Positions 41,035-53,017 of a stretch of 64,000 nucleotides of DNA are shown piece after piece. The position numbers and the translations under genes were made by a program. Positions within the stretch are counted from its first letter, which is position 1. Every line of letters begins with the position of its first letter. The DNA is from an uncultured delta proteobacterium (GTDB lineage: Bacteria; Myxococcota_A; Polyangia; Fen-1088): assembly GCA_963737265.1 (NCBI GenBank), contig CAVTRY010000002.1, positions 32,001 to 96,000 of the forward strand, in the 5' to 3' direction. Below the pieces are notes generated by a model. It was not told the DNA's origin. It made no database searches and saw only the letters and a list, made by a program, of their open reading frames with translations.

Positions 41035-41753
41035 CGGCTCACACAGCGAAAACCCAAATCGGCGTCGCGGTAGCTTGCATCCCACGCGTTGCGATTGGCC
41101 GCGCGAGGCTCGACGAAGTAGCTGCAGCAGGAACCGCCGCGGACCACCCGACGAGAGGGATCGCGGTTGTATCTGTCGGCGACCCATTCCCATACGTTGC
41201 CGGCCATGTCCAGAGCACCGTAGGGACTGGCCCCCTGCGGATAGCTGCCTACGGCAACCGGCCGGCCAGGATTCTTTCCGGCGCATGGGCCTTCATTGTC
41301 GAAATTGCCCCAGTTGGCGCGCGCGCAGTCGAGATCGTCGCCCCAGGGATAGTCGCGGCCACTGCTTCCACGCGCCGCTTTCTCCCATTCGTCTTCGCTC
41401 GGCAGGCGGCCGCCAGCGTAGGCGCAGAAGGCGCGCGCTTCGTTCCAGTTGACCTGGGTGACGGGAAGGTTCGGCTCGCCCTGCAAATCGAGTGCGAGGG
41501 GCTGACAGCGGCGCGCGGCCACGCAGCTCGCGTACGCGGCGCGCGTGACTTCGGTGCGGTCGATGCGAAAAGGCGGCAGCGTGCGAACAAGGACCGGCCG
41601 TTCGTCGTCGGCGCCGCGCAGCGAACCGCGCGAGAACGGACCTGCCGGGACGACCACACGATCGATTTTCGGTCCGGCGTCCGCAACGCCGACGTTTGGG
41701 GCGTTGGCACCCGCGAAAAGGAAGATTCCCGCCACCCACGAAGCGCGCCTCAC
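41031..41753 (-). CDS. Formylglycine-generating enzyme (SUMF1) family protein
   Basis: RLPSEDEWEKAARG, DMAGNVWEW, RGGS and GFRC motifs. Confidence 0.9.
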   Translation of the reverse strand: MRRASWVAGIFLFAGANAPNVGVADAGPKIDRVVVPAGPFSRGSLRGADDERPVLVRTLPPFRIDRTEVTRAAYASCVAARRCQPLALDLQGEPNLPVTQVNWNEARAFCAYAGGRLPSEDEWEKAARGSSGRDYPWGDDLDCARANWGNFDNEGPCAGKNPGRPVAVGSYPQGASPYGALDMAGNVWEWVADRYNRDPSRRVVRGGSCCSYFVEPRAANRNAWDASYRDADLGFRCVSR

Positions 41754-42001
41754 GGCGATCCTCCGATGAGCACAAGCTTCGCCGAACGCGACAGCGCCTT
41801 GATGGCGGCCTCGCGGCGAGCCGCTGCCGCGTGGCTCGATTTTCGTTCGCTGTGCAGGAGGGCGATGGGCGCGCGGCCGCGCGTGTAGCGCGCGCCTTGA
41901 CCGCGGTTGTGCTTGGCCACGCGCGCCTCCACGTCACGGCTGATTCCCGTGTACAGCGTACCGTCGCCACATCGGACGACATAGACGAACCAAGCGGCCA
42001 T
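41750..42001 (-). CDS. GIY-YIG nuclease family protein (UPF0213-like)
   Basis: WFVYVVRCGDGTLYTG, HNRGQGARYTR and REAAIK motifs. Confidence 0.9.
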   Translation of the reverse strand: MAAWFVYVVRCGDGTLYTGISRDVEARVAKHNRGQGARYTRGRAPIALLHSERKSSHAAAARREAAIKALSRSAKLVLIGGSP

Positions 42002-42069
42002 GCCCAAAAACACTATGGCCATGCCGCCGCTGGCTGGCAAATTTCCCTGCTTGCCGTTTTCGCCGTCGG

Positions 42070-43011
42070 CTACTCTTGGGCCTGCAAGGCCAGCCGCTGC
42101 AAGCGCGCCCGAGCCTCCTCGAGCCACGGGCTGACGGAACCTGCCTTGTGGGTTTCGAGGTCGACGAAGCGCCGCAGGTGCTCGGCCGCTTGTCGCTTGC
42201 TGCCCAGCTTTTCGAGCGCGGTGGCCAGATTGTAGTGGGCGTCCGCGAACCACGGACTGTGCTGCACGACCCGTCGCAGCTCGGAAGCGGCTTGTTCGAT
42301 CTCGCCCTGCTCGTAAAGGATGCCGGCCAAGTTGTAACGGGCCTCGGGCTGCTCGGGATCGAGCGCCAGCGCCGCACCAAACTCGATGCGGGCGCCGGCG
42401 ACGTCGCCCTTGCGGTACGCCAGCGAACCGAGATTGGTATGCGCGGCCGAAAGCCCTGGATCGAGGTCGAGGGCCTTGCGATACGACGCCTCTGCCTGCG
42501 CGGCCTGACCGGGCTGGTTTTCCTCGGCAAGTCCGCTGGCGAACCAATCGTAGGCGTTTTGGTTGGGCGTGGCTGCGGACGACACCTCGTCGGGCCTCGC
42601 GTCGGCCAGAGCCAAAACCTCTGCCGCACGGGCCGCCAGATCGGACAGCCCAAAGTCGAAGCGGCGCTGGCCCGAAACCTCGAACGTGACGCCATCGTCG
42701 ATCACCGCCAGCGAGCTTCCGTCCCACGCCACGCGCAGCTTTTCCAGCGGCCGGTCCACCGACGGCAACTTGGCCCGCACCTTTTCTAGCGCCTTGCGAA
42801 TGTGCGCGGGCTGAAAGCCGCGATCGACCAACTCCTTGGCCGCGCGTGCACTGACTAGATCTTGAAAGGAGAAGACCTGCCGCGCGCCTCGACGCAGGGA
42901 CGGGCCGACGAAACCCGATTGCGACCAGTAGCGCAGCTTCGCCTCGGGCAAGCCGAGAATGCGCGCGGCCGCGCCAAAGCCGTATTCCCGTTCGACTGCG
43001 GTCGCCATCAC
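42070..43011 (-). CDS. MerR-type HTH + TPR protein
   Basis: AARILGL..KLRYW HTH; C-terminal TPRs (AHTNLG, ARYNLA, AHYNLA). Confidence 0.85.
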   Translation of the reverse strand: MMATAVEREYGFGAAARILGLPEAKLRYWSQSGFVGPSLRRGARQVFSFQDLVSARAAKELVDRGFQPAHIRKALEKVRAKLPSVDRPLEKLRVAWDGSSLAVIDDGVTFEVSGQRRFDFGLSDLAARAAEVLALADARPDEVSSAATPNQNAYDWFASGLAEENQPGQAAQAEASYRKALDLDPGLSAAHTNLGSLAYRKGDVAGARIEFGAALALDPEQPEARYNLAGILYEQGEIEQAASELRRVVQHSPWFADAHYNLATALEKLGSKRQAAEHLRRFVDLETHKAGSVSPWLEEARARLQRLALQAQE

Positions 43012-43475
43012 AGTCCGGCCTCCACGTCGATATCGAGGAAGATTCGCGTGCCTTGGGTGCGAATCCTGGTCTCGCCGCGAACCGTTTTCGGCTTGTTGCG
43101 CGCGACTCGCTCGACCTCGCGACGGACGATGGCTTGGCTGCGCTGGGCGAGCGACGGTTCCTTACCGAGCAGAACCGCCAAGCGGCGCGCGGTGCCTTCG
43201 TCCGCGGGCTCGCGAAAAATCCCCGCCAGGTCGGCTACGTCGCAGGTGAGCATGGTTGACCCAAGAAAGACGCGCCTGCCTTGAACGCCACTGATTTCGC
43301 CTTCCGAGATCACAACGGCGTGCGCGAAGAGAGCGTCCAGGCCGGCTTGCGAGAGGTGCTCGATGACCTCGCGCTCGAACAGCGCGATTCGCTGAACCTG
43401 GGCCATGGGCCGAATTTCATGCGGCGCAACCGCGAGACGGATTAGGGGCGGCTGCGCGATCGCTTCGTCGGGCAT
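43008..43475 (-). CDS. Hypothetical protein
   Basis: GTGA coupling to the MerR-TPR gene; globular-looking 155 aa; start uncertain. Confidence 0.6.
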   Translation of the reverse strand: MPDEAIAQPPLIRLAVAPHEIRPMAQVQRIALFEREVIEHLSQAGLDALFAHAVVISEGEISGVQGRRVFLGSTMLTCDVADLAGIFREPADEGTARRLAVLLGKEPSLAQRSQAIVRREVERVARNKPKTVRGETRIRTQGTRIFLDIDVEAGL

Positions 43476-43596
43476 GATGATCTTGAGGCGGCTATGTGGT
43501 GCCATGTGATGAGATGTAGGATAACAGGAGTTCGCGGTCTGGCAAAAAAGTTGGGGTGCAGGCCAGCAAGAGAGCCGTAGTTTTCGGACCGGGACG

Positions 43597-44403
43597 ATGA
43601 TGCGAAACGATGATGATAGTGTGCGGGCGGAGCAACGAGCTGCAATGGCCAATTTCTTGTGGGATTTGTACGCGCTCTGCTACGACGCCATCACCGGGCT
43701 CGCTCCTTACCAGGAGATGCTGGACGAAGTCGTGGAGGCGCTCGACCTTGCGCCCGGCATGCGCGTGCTCGACGCCGGATGCGGAACCGGGGCTCTTGCC
43801 GATCGATTCGCTGCCGCTTGCCCGGACATCGAGCTGCTGGCGGTCGATCTTTCGCCGGGGATGTTGCGGCGGGCTCGGGCGCGTCGGATATGGCCGGCCA
43901 CGTTCGCCTTCCTTGAAGGCAACATCGACGACGTGCTTGCAAACGACGCGCGCGGGTTCGATCGCGTCGCGAGTGTGAATGTCATCTGGACCCTGCCCGA
44001 TCCACAGCGGACCTTCGCACGCATGGCGGCTCGCCTGCGCCAGCACGGGCGCATGGTACACACGACCCCGCGCTGGCGTTTTCGCGCGAACGTCGTGCTG
44101 TGGCGACACCTGCGCCAGCGCAGAGGCCGCGACCTGCTGCAAGCCCTGCTCGGCCTGCCGCGGCTGTTGCTGGCGGGTCTGCTGAACCTGGTCCTGGTCG
44201 GACAAAGCGTGCTGCGGGCCCGGTCCCGCCAGGCGAACCAACGGTGGCACGCCAATGGGCTGGCCGAGTTGCTCTGCGCGGCCGGCGTTCCGCCGCGCGT
44301 GGTGCGGCCGTGCTACGCCGGGCAAGGGCATCTGCTCGTGTGCGACAAGGAATCCACGGCGCCAACCGGTCCGTGGTTGCCAGCAGCCGCCAAGGACCTG
44401 TAG
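43597..44403 (+). CDS. Class I SAM-dependent methyltransferase
   Basis: VLDAGCGTG and VDLSPGML motifs. Confidence 0.85.
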   Translation: MMRNDDDSVRAEQRAAMANFLWDLYALCYDAITGLAPYQEMLDEVVEALDLAPGMRVLDAGCGTGALADRFAAACPDIELLAVDLSPGMLRRARARRIWPATFAFLEGNIDDVLANDARGFDRVASVNVIWTLPDPQRTFARMAARLRQHGRMVHTTPRWRFRANVVLWRHLRQRRGRDLLQALLGLPRLLLAGLLNLVLVGQSVLRARSRQANQRWHANGLAELLCAAGVPPRVVRPCYAGQGHLLVCDKESTAPTGPWLPAAAKDL

Positions 44404-44416
44404 ACTCGCCGCCCTG

Positions 44417-45277
44417 ATGGAAGCGCCAGTCGAAATATGCTACGCGGGCGTGGTCGTCGGCCGAGCGCAAGAGGTGCGGAGCACCGAAGGCGAGACCTTG
44501 GCGTTCTTCCTCGCGTTGCGCGAGCCTATGCCCGTCGGCACGGTGGTGAGCTTGCGCTCCGGCGGACAGGAGACTCCGGCGCGCGTCGTCCGTGCGGTTG
44601 AAGCCGCCGATGCAGTTGGCAGCGGCATGCAAGTTCGCCTGATAGGCGACGCCGAGGTCGCCGCGCCCGAGTGGATTCCACCGCCGGCGAAGGCCAAAGC
44701 AGTCACGCCTGCTCCGCCGAGCGAGCCCTCTTCAGTCGAGCCCGGTCCAGCAAACACGCAGGAAAGCAACGCAGAAGGTTCGACGCCTTCCGCGCCGGAA
44801 CCGACCTCCCAACCTGCCGTCACGTCCGCGGCGGAGCCGGCCACCGACCCCGTTGTGGCGGCGACCGTGGTGGCCCCAGCCCCGGTTGACCCTACGCCGG
44901 TCGCGGGCGCCGAAGCGTCCGCCGAAGCGTCCGTCGAAAAGGCCGCCGAAGCGTTCGCCGAAACCGCCGCCGAAGCGTTCGCCGAAAAGGCGGCGAGCCA
45001 AACCAACGCCGTACCAGAATCGGTGCCGGTGGCAGTGGGCTCTTCGATGACGGGAGCCTTGGAAAACGCGACCGAGACGACGCGTCCCTACGGCCAGTCC
45101 ACGAGCACGTTCGCCGCCGCACCATCATCTGCGCCATCGCAAGTGGCCACGGATTGGCCCAGCGGGGAAACCGGCTCGGGAGCTTTGTCCGGCGGCACGG
45201 CGACGGCCGAAGAGTTGCCTCCCGCGCGCCCGGTGTCCGGCCCAAGCGGACGTCGCAAGACCAGGCGGCGCAAGTAG
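44417..45277 (+). CDS. Hypothetical protein: degenerate PilZ-like N-terminus + Pro/Ala/Glu low-complexity tail
   Basis: FFLALREPMPVGT..ARVVR..GMQVRL segment; basic RRKTRRRK end. Confidence 0.55.
   Translation: MEAPVEICYAGVVVGRAQEVRSTEGETLAFFLALREPMPVGTVVSLRSGGQETPARVVRAVEAADAVGSGMQVRLIGDAEVAAPEWIPPPAKAKAVTPAPPSEPSSVEPGPANTQESNAEGSTPSAPEPTSQPAVTSAAEPATDPVVAATVVAPAPVDPTPVAGAEASAEASVEKAAEAFAETAAEAFAEKAASQTNAVPESVPVAVGSSMTGALENATETTRPYGQSTSTFAAAPSSAPSQVATDWPSGETGSGALSGGTATAEELPPARPVSGPSGRRKTRRRK
44909..44992 (+). repeat. Seven imperfect 12-bp tandem repeats (GCCGAAGCGTYC), coding
   Basis: Encodes AEAS-AEAS-VEKA-AEAF-AETA-AEAF-AEKA. Confidence 0.85.
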
Positions 45278-45295
45278 CGCGCCTTCGCCTGAGCC

Positions 45296-46219
<924 letters not shown>

Positions 46220-46226
46220 CCGACCG

Positions 46227-46538
46227 TCAACTGACTTGCGACGGATCGACCGGAACGCCCTCTTCGATGCGGCCAAAGGTTTGTTCGTAGCGCGCGATGT
46301 TGGTTTCCAGAGCGCGCAACAGACGCTTGGCGTGGCGGGGAGAGGAAATGATGCGCGACCGCACGCGCGCGCGCGGCGCCCCCGGCTGCACGTAGACGAA
46401 GTCGAAGGTGAATTCCGCGTCGGTGTGGTTGAGGAAAACCAGGTTGCAGTAGGCACCTTGGGCGGTGGTCTCGTCGAGCTCGATCTGAAGCTGTGGGCCG
46501 CCCGGCGGAGTGGGAGGAGTCTTGGGTTGGTCGGACAT
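46227..46538 (-). CDS. DUF3467 domain protein
   Basis: AQGAYCNL..EFTFDF..SRIISSPRHAKRL pattern. Confidence 0.85.
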   Translation of the reverse strand: MSDQPKTPPTPPGGPQLQIELDETTAQGAYCNLVFLNHTDAEFTFDFVYVQPGAPRARVRSRIISSPRHAKRLLRALETNIARYEQTFGRIEEGVPVDPSQVS

Positions 46539-46582
46539 GTGGAAGTTGTACCGCAACTCCGGTTATAGACTAGGTGGCTTTT

Positions 46583-47013
46583 ATGGACAGAGTGCTCGGC
46601 ATCGACTTGGGCTCGCGCCGCATCGGCGTGGCGGTTTCCGACGGCCTCGGGCTTACGGCTCAGCCGCGATCCACGCTGGCTCGCCACGGCGGCACGCGTG
46701 ACATGCAATCGATTGCCGCCGCGGTCAAGGAAGCGGGTGCGCAGCGCATCGTTGTCGGCCTGCCGCTCGATCCCGAGGGCAACGAGGGCCTGGCCGCCCG
46801 GCGCGCGCGCGACTTCGCCGACAAGCTTCGCTCGGCCCTGAAACTCCCGGTCGATCTCGTCGACGAAAGCTTCAGTACCGTCGAGGCCGAGGCGGTTCTA
46901 CTCGCGGCGGATGTGTCGCGGGCGCGGCGCAAGCAGGTGGTGGACAAGCTGGCGGCAGCCGTGATTTTGCAACGCTGGCTCGACGCTCGCCGCGGCCACA
47001 CCGAGGAGAACCC

Positions 47014-47017
<4 letters not shown>
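46583..47017 (+). CDS. ruvX: YqgF/RuvX family pre-16S rRNA nuclease
   Basis: LGIDLGSRRIGVAVSD, VGLP, DESFST and DKLAA motifs. Confidence 0.93.
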
Positions 47018-48135
<1,118 letters not shown>

Positions 48136-48189
48136 CATCAGCTTGGCCTCGGCAGCGTGCCGGCGTCGCGCAGCCTCACCTGTCCAGCC

Positions 48190-50466
48190 CTACCTACCGT
48201 CTGAGGGTGGTTCGCCGTCGGCCTGATCGCGCAGGCATGCAGCCACCGCCTCGACCAGACTGCGGCGGTGGCGGCTCTTGGGCAAAAAGACATCGGCGCC
48301 TACCGCCAGGGCATGTTCGCGGGCCGCCTGCGAGGTGCGGGACGAGAGCACGATGATGGGCAATCCGCGCAGGGTCGCCTCGCGACGGATGCGGGCGATG
48401 AGCTGAAAGCCGTCGAGACGAGGCATCTCGAGCGCCGTCACCACGGCGTCGAAACGACGCTCGCCAAGAATCTCCCAGGCTTCCCAGCCGTCTTCCGCTG
48501 CCACCGACTGGTACCCGGCGGCCGCGAGCAAGCGCGTGGCTGCCTCGCGCGCCAGGCGTGAATCGTCGACCACCAGCACGCGCGGGTAACCGCGCCGCGG
48601 AGCCGCGGGTGGGTGTGCCGACGGGGAATAGGCGATGTCCGCCAAGGCGCCAAGATCGAGAACGAGCTGGGCCTTGCCCGCGCCCGAAGCCGTGACCCCC
48701 GCATAAATTGGAATGAGCCCGACGAGTGGGCCCAGCGGACGAACGACGATGGTGCGCGGACCTATCACCTTGTCGCAGGTGATGAGAAAATTTCGGCCGC
48801 CGTAGCGCACATGCAAGGCGGCGGCTCGGCGACCCGGCGGCAGCTCGAGGCCGAACATGGCGTGCAACTTGAGGATGGGCACCGTCACGCCGGCGATGGC
48901 GGGCAGATCGCCGCTGTCCTTGGCGGTGGGCGTGGTCCCGGCGAGCACGTTATGTCCGATGGGCAGCACTTCGATGACGTGCGCCGCGGGCACGGCGTAG
49001 ACCTGACCGCCAATCTTGAACAGTAGGCCTTGCGTGATTGCGCCCGTGAGCGGCAGCGAGAGGCGAAAGCGCGTAAAGGCGCCCGCTTGCGACTCGACCT
49101 TCACCTCGCCGCCCATGCGCGCCACCGCGCGCTTGACGATGTTGAGACCCATGCCCCGGCCGGCCAGCGCGTCGGACTGCATGCGGGTGGAGAAACCCGC
49201 CTCGAAAATGGCGTTCACCAACGTCTCGTCGACCAGGCTGGCGTCGGGTGCAAGCTCGCCCGAGGCGCGTAGCGATCGGCGAACGCCTTCTTTGTCGATG
49301 CCGCCGCCATCGTCCTCGAAAGTCAGAAAGACGAAGTCGGCTTCCTGGGCGGCCCGGATGGTGATTTGTCCGCGCGCGGGTTTGCCACGCTCGCTCCGCA
49401 GCCTGGCGGGCTCGATCCCATGAGCCATGGCATTGCGCAAAAGGTGCAGCAGCGGATCCACCAGCTGGTCCACGATGGCCTTGTCGAGCTCGACCTCGCC
49501 GCCTTGGACCACCAAATCGGCGGGGCGATGGCAACTCCGCTCAAGCTCGCGCAGGGCCGAGCCCAAGCGGGAAAACGCCCACTCCAGCGGCACCAGGCGC
49601 GAGCGCCGAATCTGTTCTTCGAGATACTCCGACGTCTGGCGCATAGAGCTGGCGTCCCCGGCCAGCCCGCGCGCCGTGCGATCGAGATAGGTAAGCGTGT
49701 CGGCGAATTCCACGTCCACTTCGCCCAGGCGATCGAGCAGACGTCCGATTTCCTCTTGCTTGGCTGGCGCGGGCAAGTCGGCGGCCAGACCGCCTTGCAC
49801 CACGCGCAGACTTTGCCGGGTCGTACCGAGATCGCGCAGCACGCTGGCAATCTCGTGCACCCGACGGTCGAGGCGTGTCCCCAGAATAACCAGATCGCCC
49901 ACGCTGGCGAGCAAGGCATCGAGACGCTCAACGTCGACGCGCAAGACGCCCTCGCCGCCGGTACGCCGATCCGCCACGGCTCGGCGATCGACGCGACGGC
50001 GGCGCTCGGCTACGTCGCGCGGGTTGGCGACGGTTTCCGGCGGCTCGGTTGGACGCGGTGGCGGAACGACGAGAAGGGCGCTGCTAAGCAACGCCCTGAT
50101 TTCGGCTACGCCTTCGTCGACACGTTCGAGAATTCCGAACGTCGGCGCCAACTGACCGCGGCGAATTTCGGTACACAGCTCCTCAAGCTCGTGCGCCGCC
50201 CGCGCGACAGCATCGAATCCGACGGAGCCGGCCGAGCCCTTGAGCGTGTGGAGATGGCGAAACAAGACGTCCACCGCTTCGGGTGCGATATCGAGCGAGG
50301 TTTCCGAGGCGCGCGAAAGCAGCTTTTGCGCCTCGGCGATGCGATTGAGGTGCTTCTCCGCCTCTTCGAGAAAGAGCCCGCGCAGCATATCTGTTTCGCC
50401 GCCGTTCCATTCCTGGAGCGACTCATGTTCCCCACTGCCGTCGCCGTCGTCGGATTGCGCCGCCAT
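48190..50466 (-). CDS. cheA: Hybrid CheA kinase (Hpt-dimerisation-HATPase-CheW-REC)
   Basis: HTLKG Hpt; HLLRNAMAHG, DDGGG, GFST and GRGMGL motifs; C-terminal receiver. Confidence 0.92.
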   Translation of the reverse strand: MAAQSDDGDGSGEHESLQEWNGGETDMLRGLFLEEAEKHLNRIAEAQKLLSRASETSLDIAPEAVDVLFRHLHTLKGSAGSVGFDAVARAAHELEELCTEIRRGQLAPTFGILERVDEGVAEIRALLSSALLVVPPPRPTEPPETVANPRDVAERRRRVDRRAVADRRTGGEGVLRVDVERLDALLASVGDLVILGTRLDRRVHEIASVLRDLGTTRQSLRVVQGGLAADLPAPAKQEEIGRLLDRLGEVDVEFADTLTYLDRTARGLAGDASSMRQTSEYLEEQIRRSRLVPLEWAFSRLGSALRELERSCHRPADLVVQGGEVELDKAIVDQLVDPLLHLLRNAMAHGIEPARLRSERGKPARGQITIRAAQEADFVFLTFEDDGGGIDKEGVRRSLRASGELAPDASLVDETLVNAIFEAGFSTRMQSDALAGRGMGLNIVKRAVARMGGEVKVESQAGAFTRFRLSLPLTGAITQGLLFKIGGQVYAVPAAHVIEVLPIGHNVLAGTTPTAKDSGDLPAIAGVTVPILKLHAMFGLELPPGRRAAALHVRYGGRNFLITCDKVIGPRTIVVRPLGPLVGLIPIYAGVTASGAGKAQLVLDLGALADIAYSPSAHPPAAPRRGYPRVLVVDDSRLAREAATRLLAAAGYQSVAAEDGWEAWEILGERRFDAVVTALEMPRLDGFQLIARIRREATLRGLPIIVLSSRTSQAAREHALAVGADVFLPKSRHRRSLVEAVAACLRDQADGEPPSDGR

Positions 50467-50478
50467 GGCGGATACGTC

Positions 50479-51303
50479 CTAGGCGTCCGTCCCGGCCGGG
50501 TCTTCGCCCAGCGCCGCAAGCAGGTTTCGCAGCGCCTCGCCAAGCGGCGTATGCGTGCCGGCGACCAGCGGCGACAGGGGCGCGAGAACGCGCGCGAGCT
50601 CGTTGCGCCGTTCGTGCAAAATTCGCGTGATCTCAGCCTCGCCTTGGCCGACGAAGCGCCATTGCGCGATGGCGTCGGTGAGCGTCTTGCGCAGGCCCGA
50701 CAGCGACACGGATTCGCTGCTGGCACGTCGGCTGAGCGCGGCTAGCTCATCGGCCATCTTGCGCACGCTTTCAATGGCTCGCGTGGCATCGCCGGTGGCG
50801 CTGGCGATGGTTTCAATGTAGGCGCCGATGTCCTTGGTGGCGGCGGCGGAGCGTTCGGCCATCTTGCGCACTTCCTCTGCCACCAGGCCAAAGCCCCTGC
50901 CTTGGGCGCCCGCGCGCGATGCTTCGATGGCGGCGTTGAGCGACAGCACGTTGGTCTCGGAGGTGACGTCGTCGAGCATCTCGACGATTTGACCGATCTC
51001 CTCCGAGCGCGCCTCGAGTGCCTTGAGCTTGCGGGCGATTTCGGCCACCGCCGCCTGTTGCCGGGTCATGCCCTCGGCGATTTCGGGCAGCGCGCTGCCG
51101 GTGGATTCGGCCGCGATCATGATCGAGGTCGCCGCGTAGGAGATCTGCGTGGCCCGTTGTTCGAGGCTTGCGAGCAAGTCGTTGGTCGCCCGCGCGACCT
51201 CGCCGAGCGTCCCCGCGCCTGCCTCGACACGTGCGGTAAGGTCCCCGTTCTCGGCCGCCCGCAAGGTCGCCAGCAGATGGCTCAGTTGGTCTTTTTCGTT
51301 CAT
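50479..51303 (-). CDS. Short cytoplasmic methyl-accepting chemotaxis protein
   Basis: TNVLSLNAAIEASRAG..GRGFGLVAEEVRKMAE hairpin tip; HAMP-like start; no TM segments. Confidence 0.9.
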   Translation of the reverse strand: MNEKDQLSHLLATLRAAENGDLTARVEAGAGTLGEVARATNDLLASLEQRATQISYAATSIMIAAESTGSALPEIAEGMTRQQAAVAEIARKLKALEARSEEIGQIVEMLDDVTSETNVLSLNAAIEASRAGAQGRGFGLVAEEVRKMAERSAAATKDIGAYIETIASATGDATRAIESVRKMADELAALSRRASSESVSLSGLRKTLTDAIAQWRFVGQGEAEITRILHERRNELARVLAPLSPLVAGTHTPLGEALRNLLAALGEDPAGTDA

Positions 51304-51782
51304 GGTCCCATCACCGCGCTGATCGCGTTCCTTACGTAATCGATGGTGCGTTCGATATCGAGAAGAAGGGCCGGACCGCTGGCGTCGAGCACCGTGGCCG
51401 ACAAGAAAGAGGGGCGCGGTGGCGGCGGGCGGCTGTGTTGCTCATCCACCGTACCGATGGTTACCGCGCGCTCGACGGCAATCGCGGCGCGCACGATTTC
51501 GCGGCCCGCGTCCGGCGCGGTCTCGATGACCAGCAGCTTGTCCTTGGAAAAGCGCCTCCCTTCGGTCGCGTCGTCGCCGGCCGGCTGGAAACACACCGAA
51601 AGATCGAGCACGGGAAGGATCCAGTCCTGCACCGGCGCGATCCCGCGCACCATCGCCGGCGCCAGCGGCACCGGCGTTACACCTCGCATGGGCAGCACTT
51701 TGCGCACGACCGCCAGCGGAAGCGCGCAACGCAGGCCGCGCACCTCGAAAAACACCACGTCGAGAAGCGCGGCCGCAGCCAT
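51300..51782 (-). CDS. cheW: CheW-like coupling protein
   Basis: ALPLAVVRKV..TPVPLAP..VRGI..ILPVLDL pattern. Confidence 0.82.
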   Translation of the reverse strand: MAAAALLDVVFFEVRGLRCALPLAVVRKVLPMRGVTPVPLAPAMVRGIAPVQDWILPVLDLSVCFQPAGDDATEGRRFSKDKLLVIETAPDAGREIVRAAIAVERAVTIGTVDEQHSRPPPPRPSFLSATVLDASGPALLLDIERTIDYVRNAISAVMGP

Positions 51783-51784
51783 AA

Positions 51785-53017
51785 TCAGACAATCACCGGC
51801 GCGACCCGGCGCCGGATGAGCTTGCTGCGCAGAAGGCGAAAGAGAACCTGGGTGACGTCGTAGGATCCCATCTTCGAGATCTGGATGAGGTCGCGAACGG
51901 TGTTTTTCCCGTTGACCAGATCGGCGATGACGGATTCCTCGCGCAGGAGCTTCCCGCGCCCGAAGCTGGCGAGCTTGTCTTCGTTGCGAACGAAGGTCAG
52001 GTCGAAATCGCCGATCTCTTGTTCGATCACCCGCCATTCCTCCACCCGCCGCAGGCCCTCGACGATAAGACCATCCACGGCCAGCGACAGCGAAGCCTCG
52101 CGCGCCGTCGCTGGCAATTCAGCCTCGGGGTGGAAGGCAAAATGCCCGCTGCCCCAGCGCAGACTCTCGAACACGAGGGCCGAGGTTTGCTTGGCCATGG
52201 CTTTGTGCAGGCCCACGGGCGTCAGCAACCCGCGCGAGCATAGGTAGGCGCCGAGCAGCTCTTTACTTTCAGCGGTCTGGCGCTCGTCGAGCACGCGCGC
52301 CAGCGTCTCGTCGGCCAAGAATCCCCCACTCACGAGGAACCTTCCCAGCAGGAATTCGTCGGACACGCCGTGCGCGCCCGCGAAATCGATGCGGCCCTGG
52401 CCAAGGTAGATGTGCAAGCGGGCACGGCCATGGGACAGGGTCACGGTGCCGGTGTGACCGCGATCCTGCAACAACAGAAGAACATCGGCGATGGAGATCA
52501 CCGCGAGATCTCCCGCAAGCGCGGCGTCGAGATCCGGTGGTCCGCCGGCCGCGCTTCCGTCCTTGCCGTCGCTCGGCAGTAGCGAGGCGATGTCGATGCG
52601 GCTGTCCGACTCGACTGTCGGCTCGGGCGCTGCGGGCTTCTTGCCGGTTCTCTCCAGGGTGTGGCCGACCACGGCCAGGAGCGCGTCGGGCGAAAACGGC
52701 TTGGAGATGATGTTCATCACGTTGGGCATGGTGGAGAAGCATTCCCCGACCTCTTCGCCCTTCGCGCTCATCACGATCACGGGAACATCGGCCAAGCTCA
52801 TGTTGCCCGAGATCGCCCGGCACACGTCGTCGCCCTGCAAATCGGGCAGCAGAAAATCGAGCAGGATGAGGTCCGGCCGATTCGCCTGCGCGGCCTCGAT
52901 GCCACCTTCTCCCGTGCGCGAGGTTGCCACCCGGTACCCAGCCTTGGTCAACGATAACTCGACGAGCTTGCAAATGGTCGGGCTGTCGTCGACGACGAGT
53001 ATGGTCTCCCCTGACAT
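51785..53017 (-). CDS. Response regulator, REC + DUF4388 (PatA_N-like)
   Basis: ILVVDDS, LLD and KPF receiver; LAGDL..IADVL..TG and W..GHFAF DUF4388 pattern. Confidence 0.85.
   Translation of the reverse strand: MSGETILVVDDSPTICKLVELSLTKAGYRVATSRTGEGGIEAAQANRPDLILLDFLLPDLQGDDVCRAISGNMSLADVPVIVMSAKGEEVGECFSTMPNVMNIISKPFSPDALLAVVGHTLERTGKKPAAPEPTVESDSRIDIASLLPSDGKDGSAAGGPPDLDAALAGDLAVISIADVLLLLQDRGHTGTVTLSHGRARLHIYLGQGRIDFAGAHGVSDEFLLGRFLVSGGFLADETLARVLDERQTAESKELLGAYLCSRGLLTPVGLHKAMAKQTSALVFESLRWGSGHFAFHPEAELPATAREASLSLAVDGLIVEGLRRVEEWRVIEQEIGDFDLTFVRNEDKLASFGRGKLLREESVIADLVNGKNTVRDLIQISKMGSYDVTQVLFRLLRSKLIRRRVAPVIV

Noticed and set aside
44909-44992. CRISPR or non-coding array
   Set aside because: In-frame 12-bp coding repeats with no spacers; no cas genes in the window.
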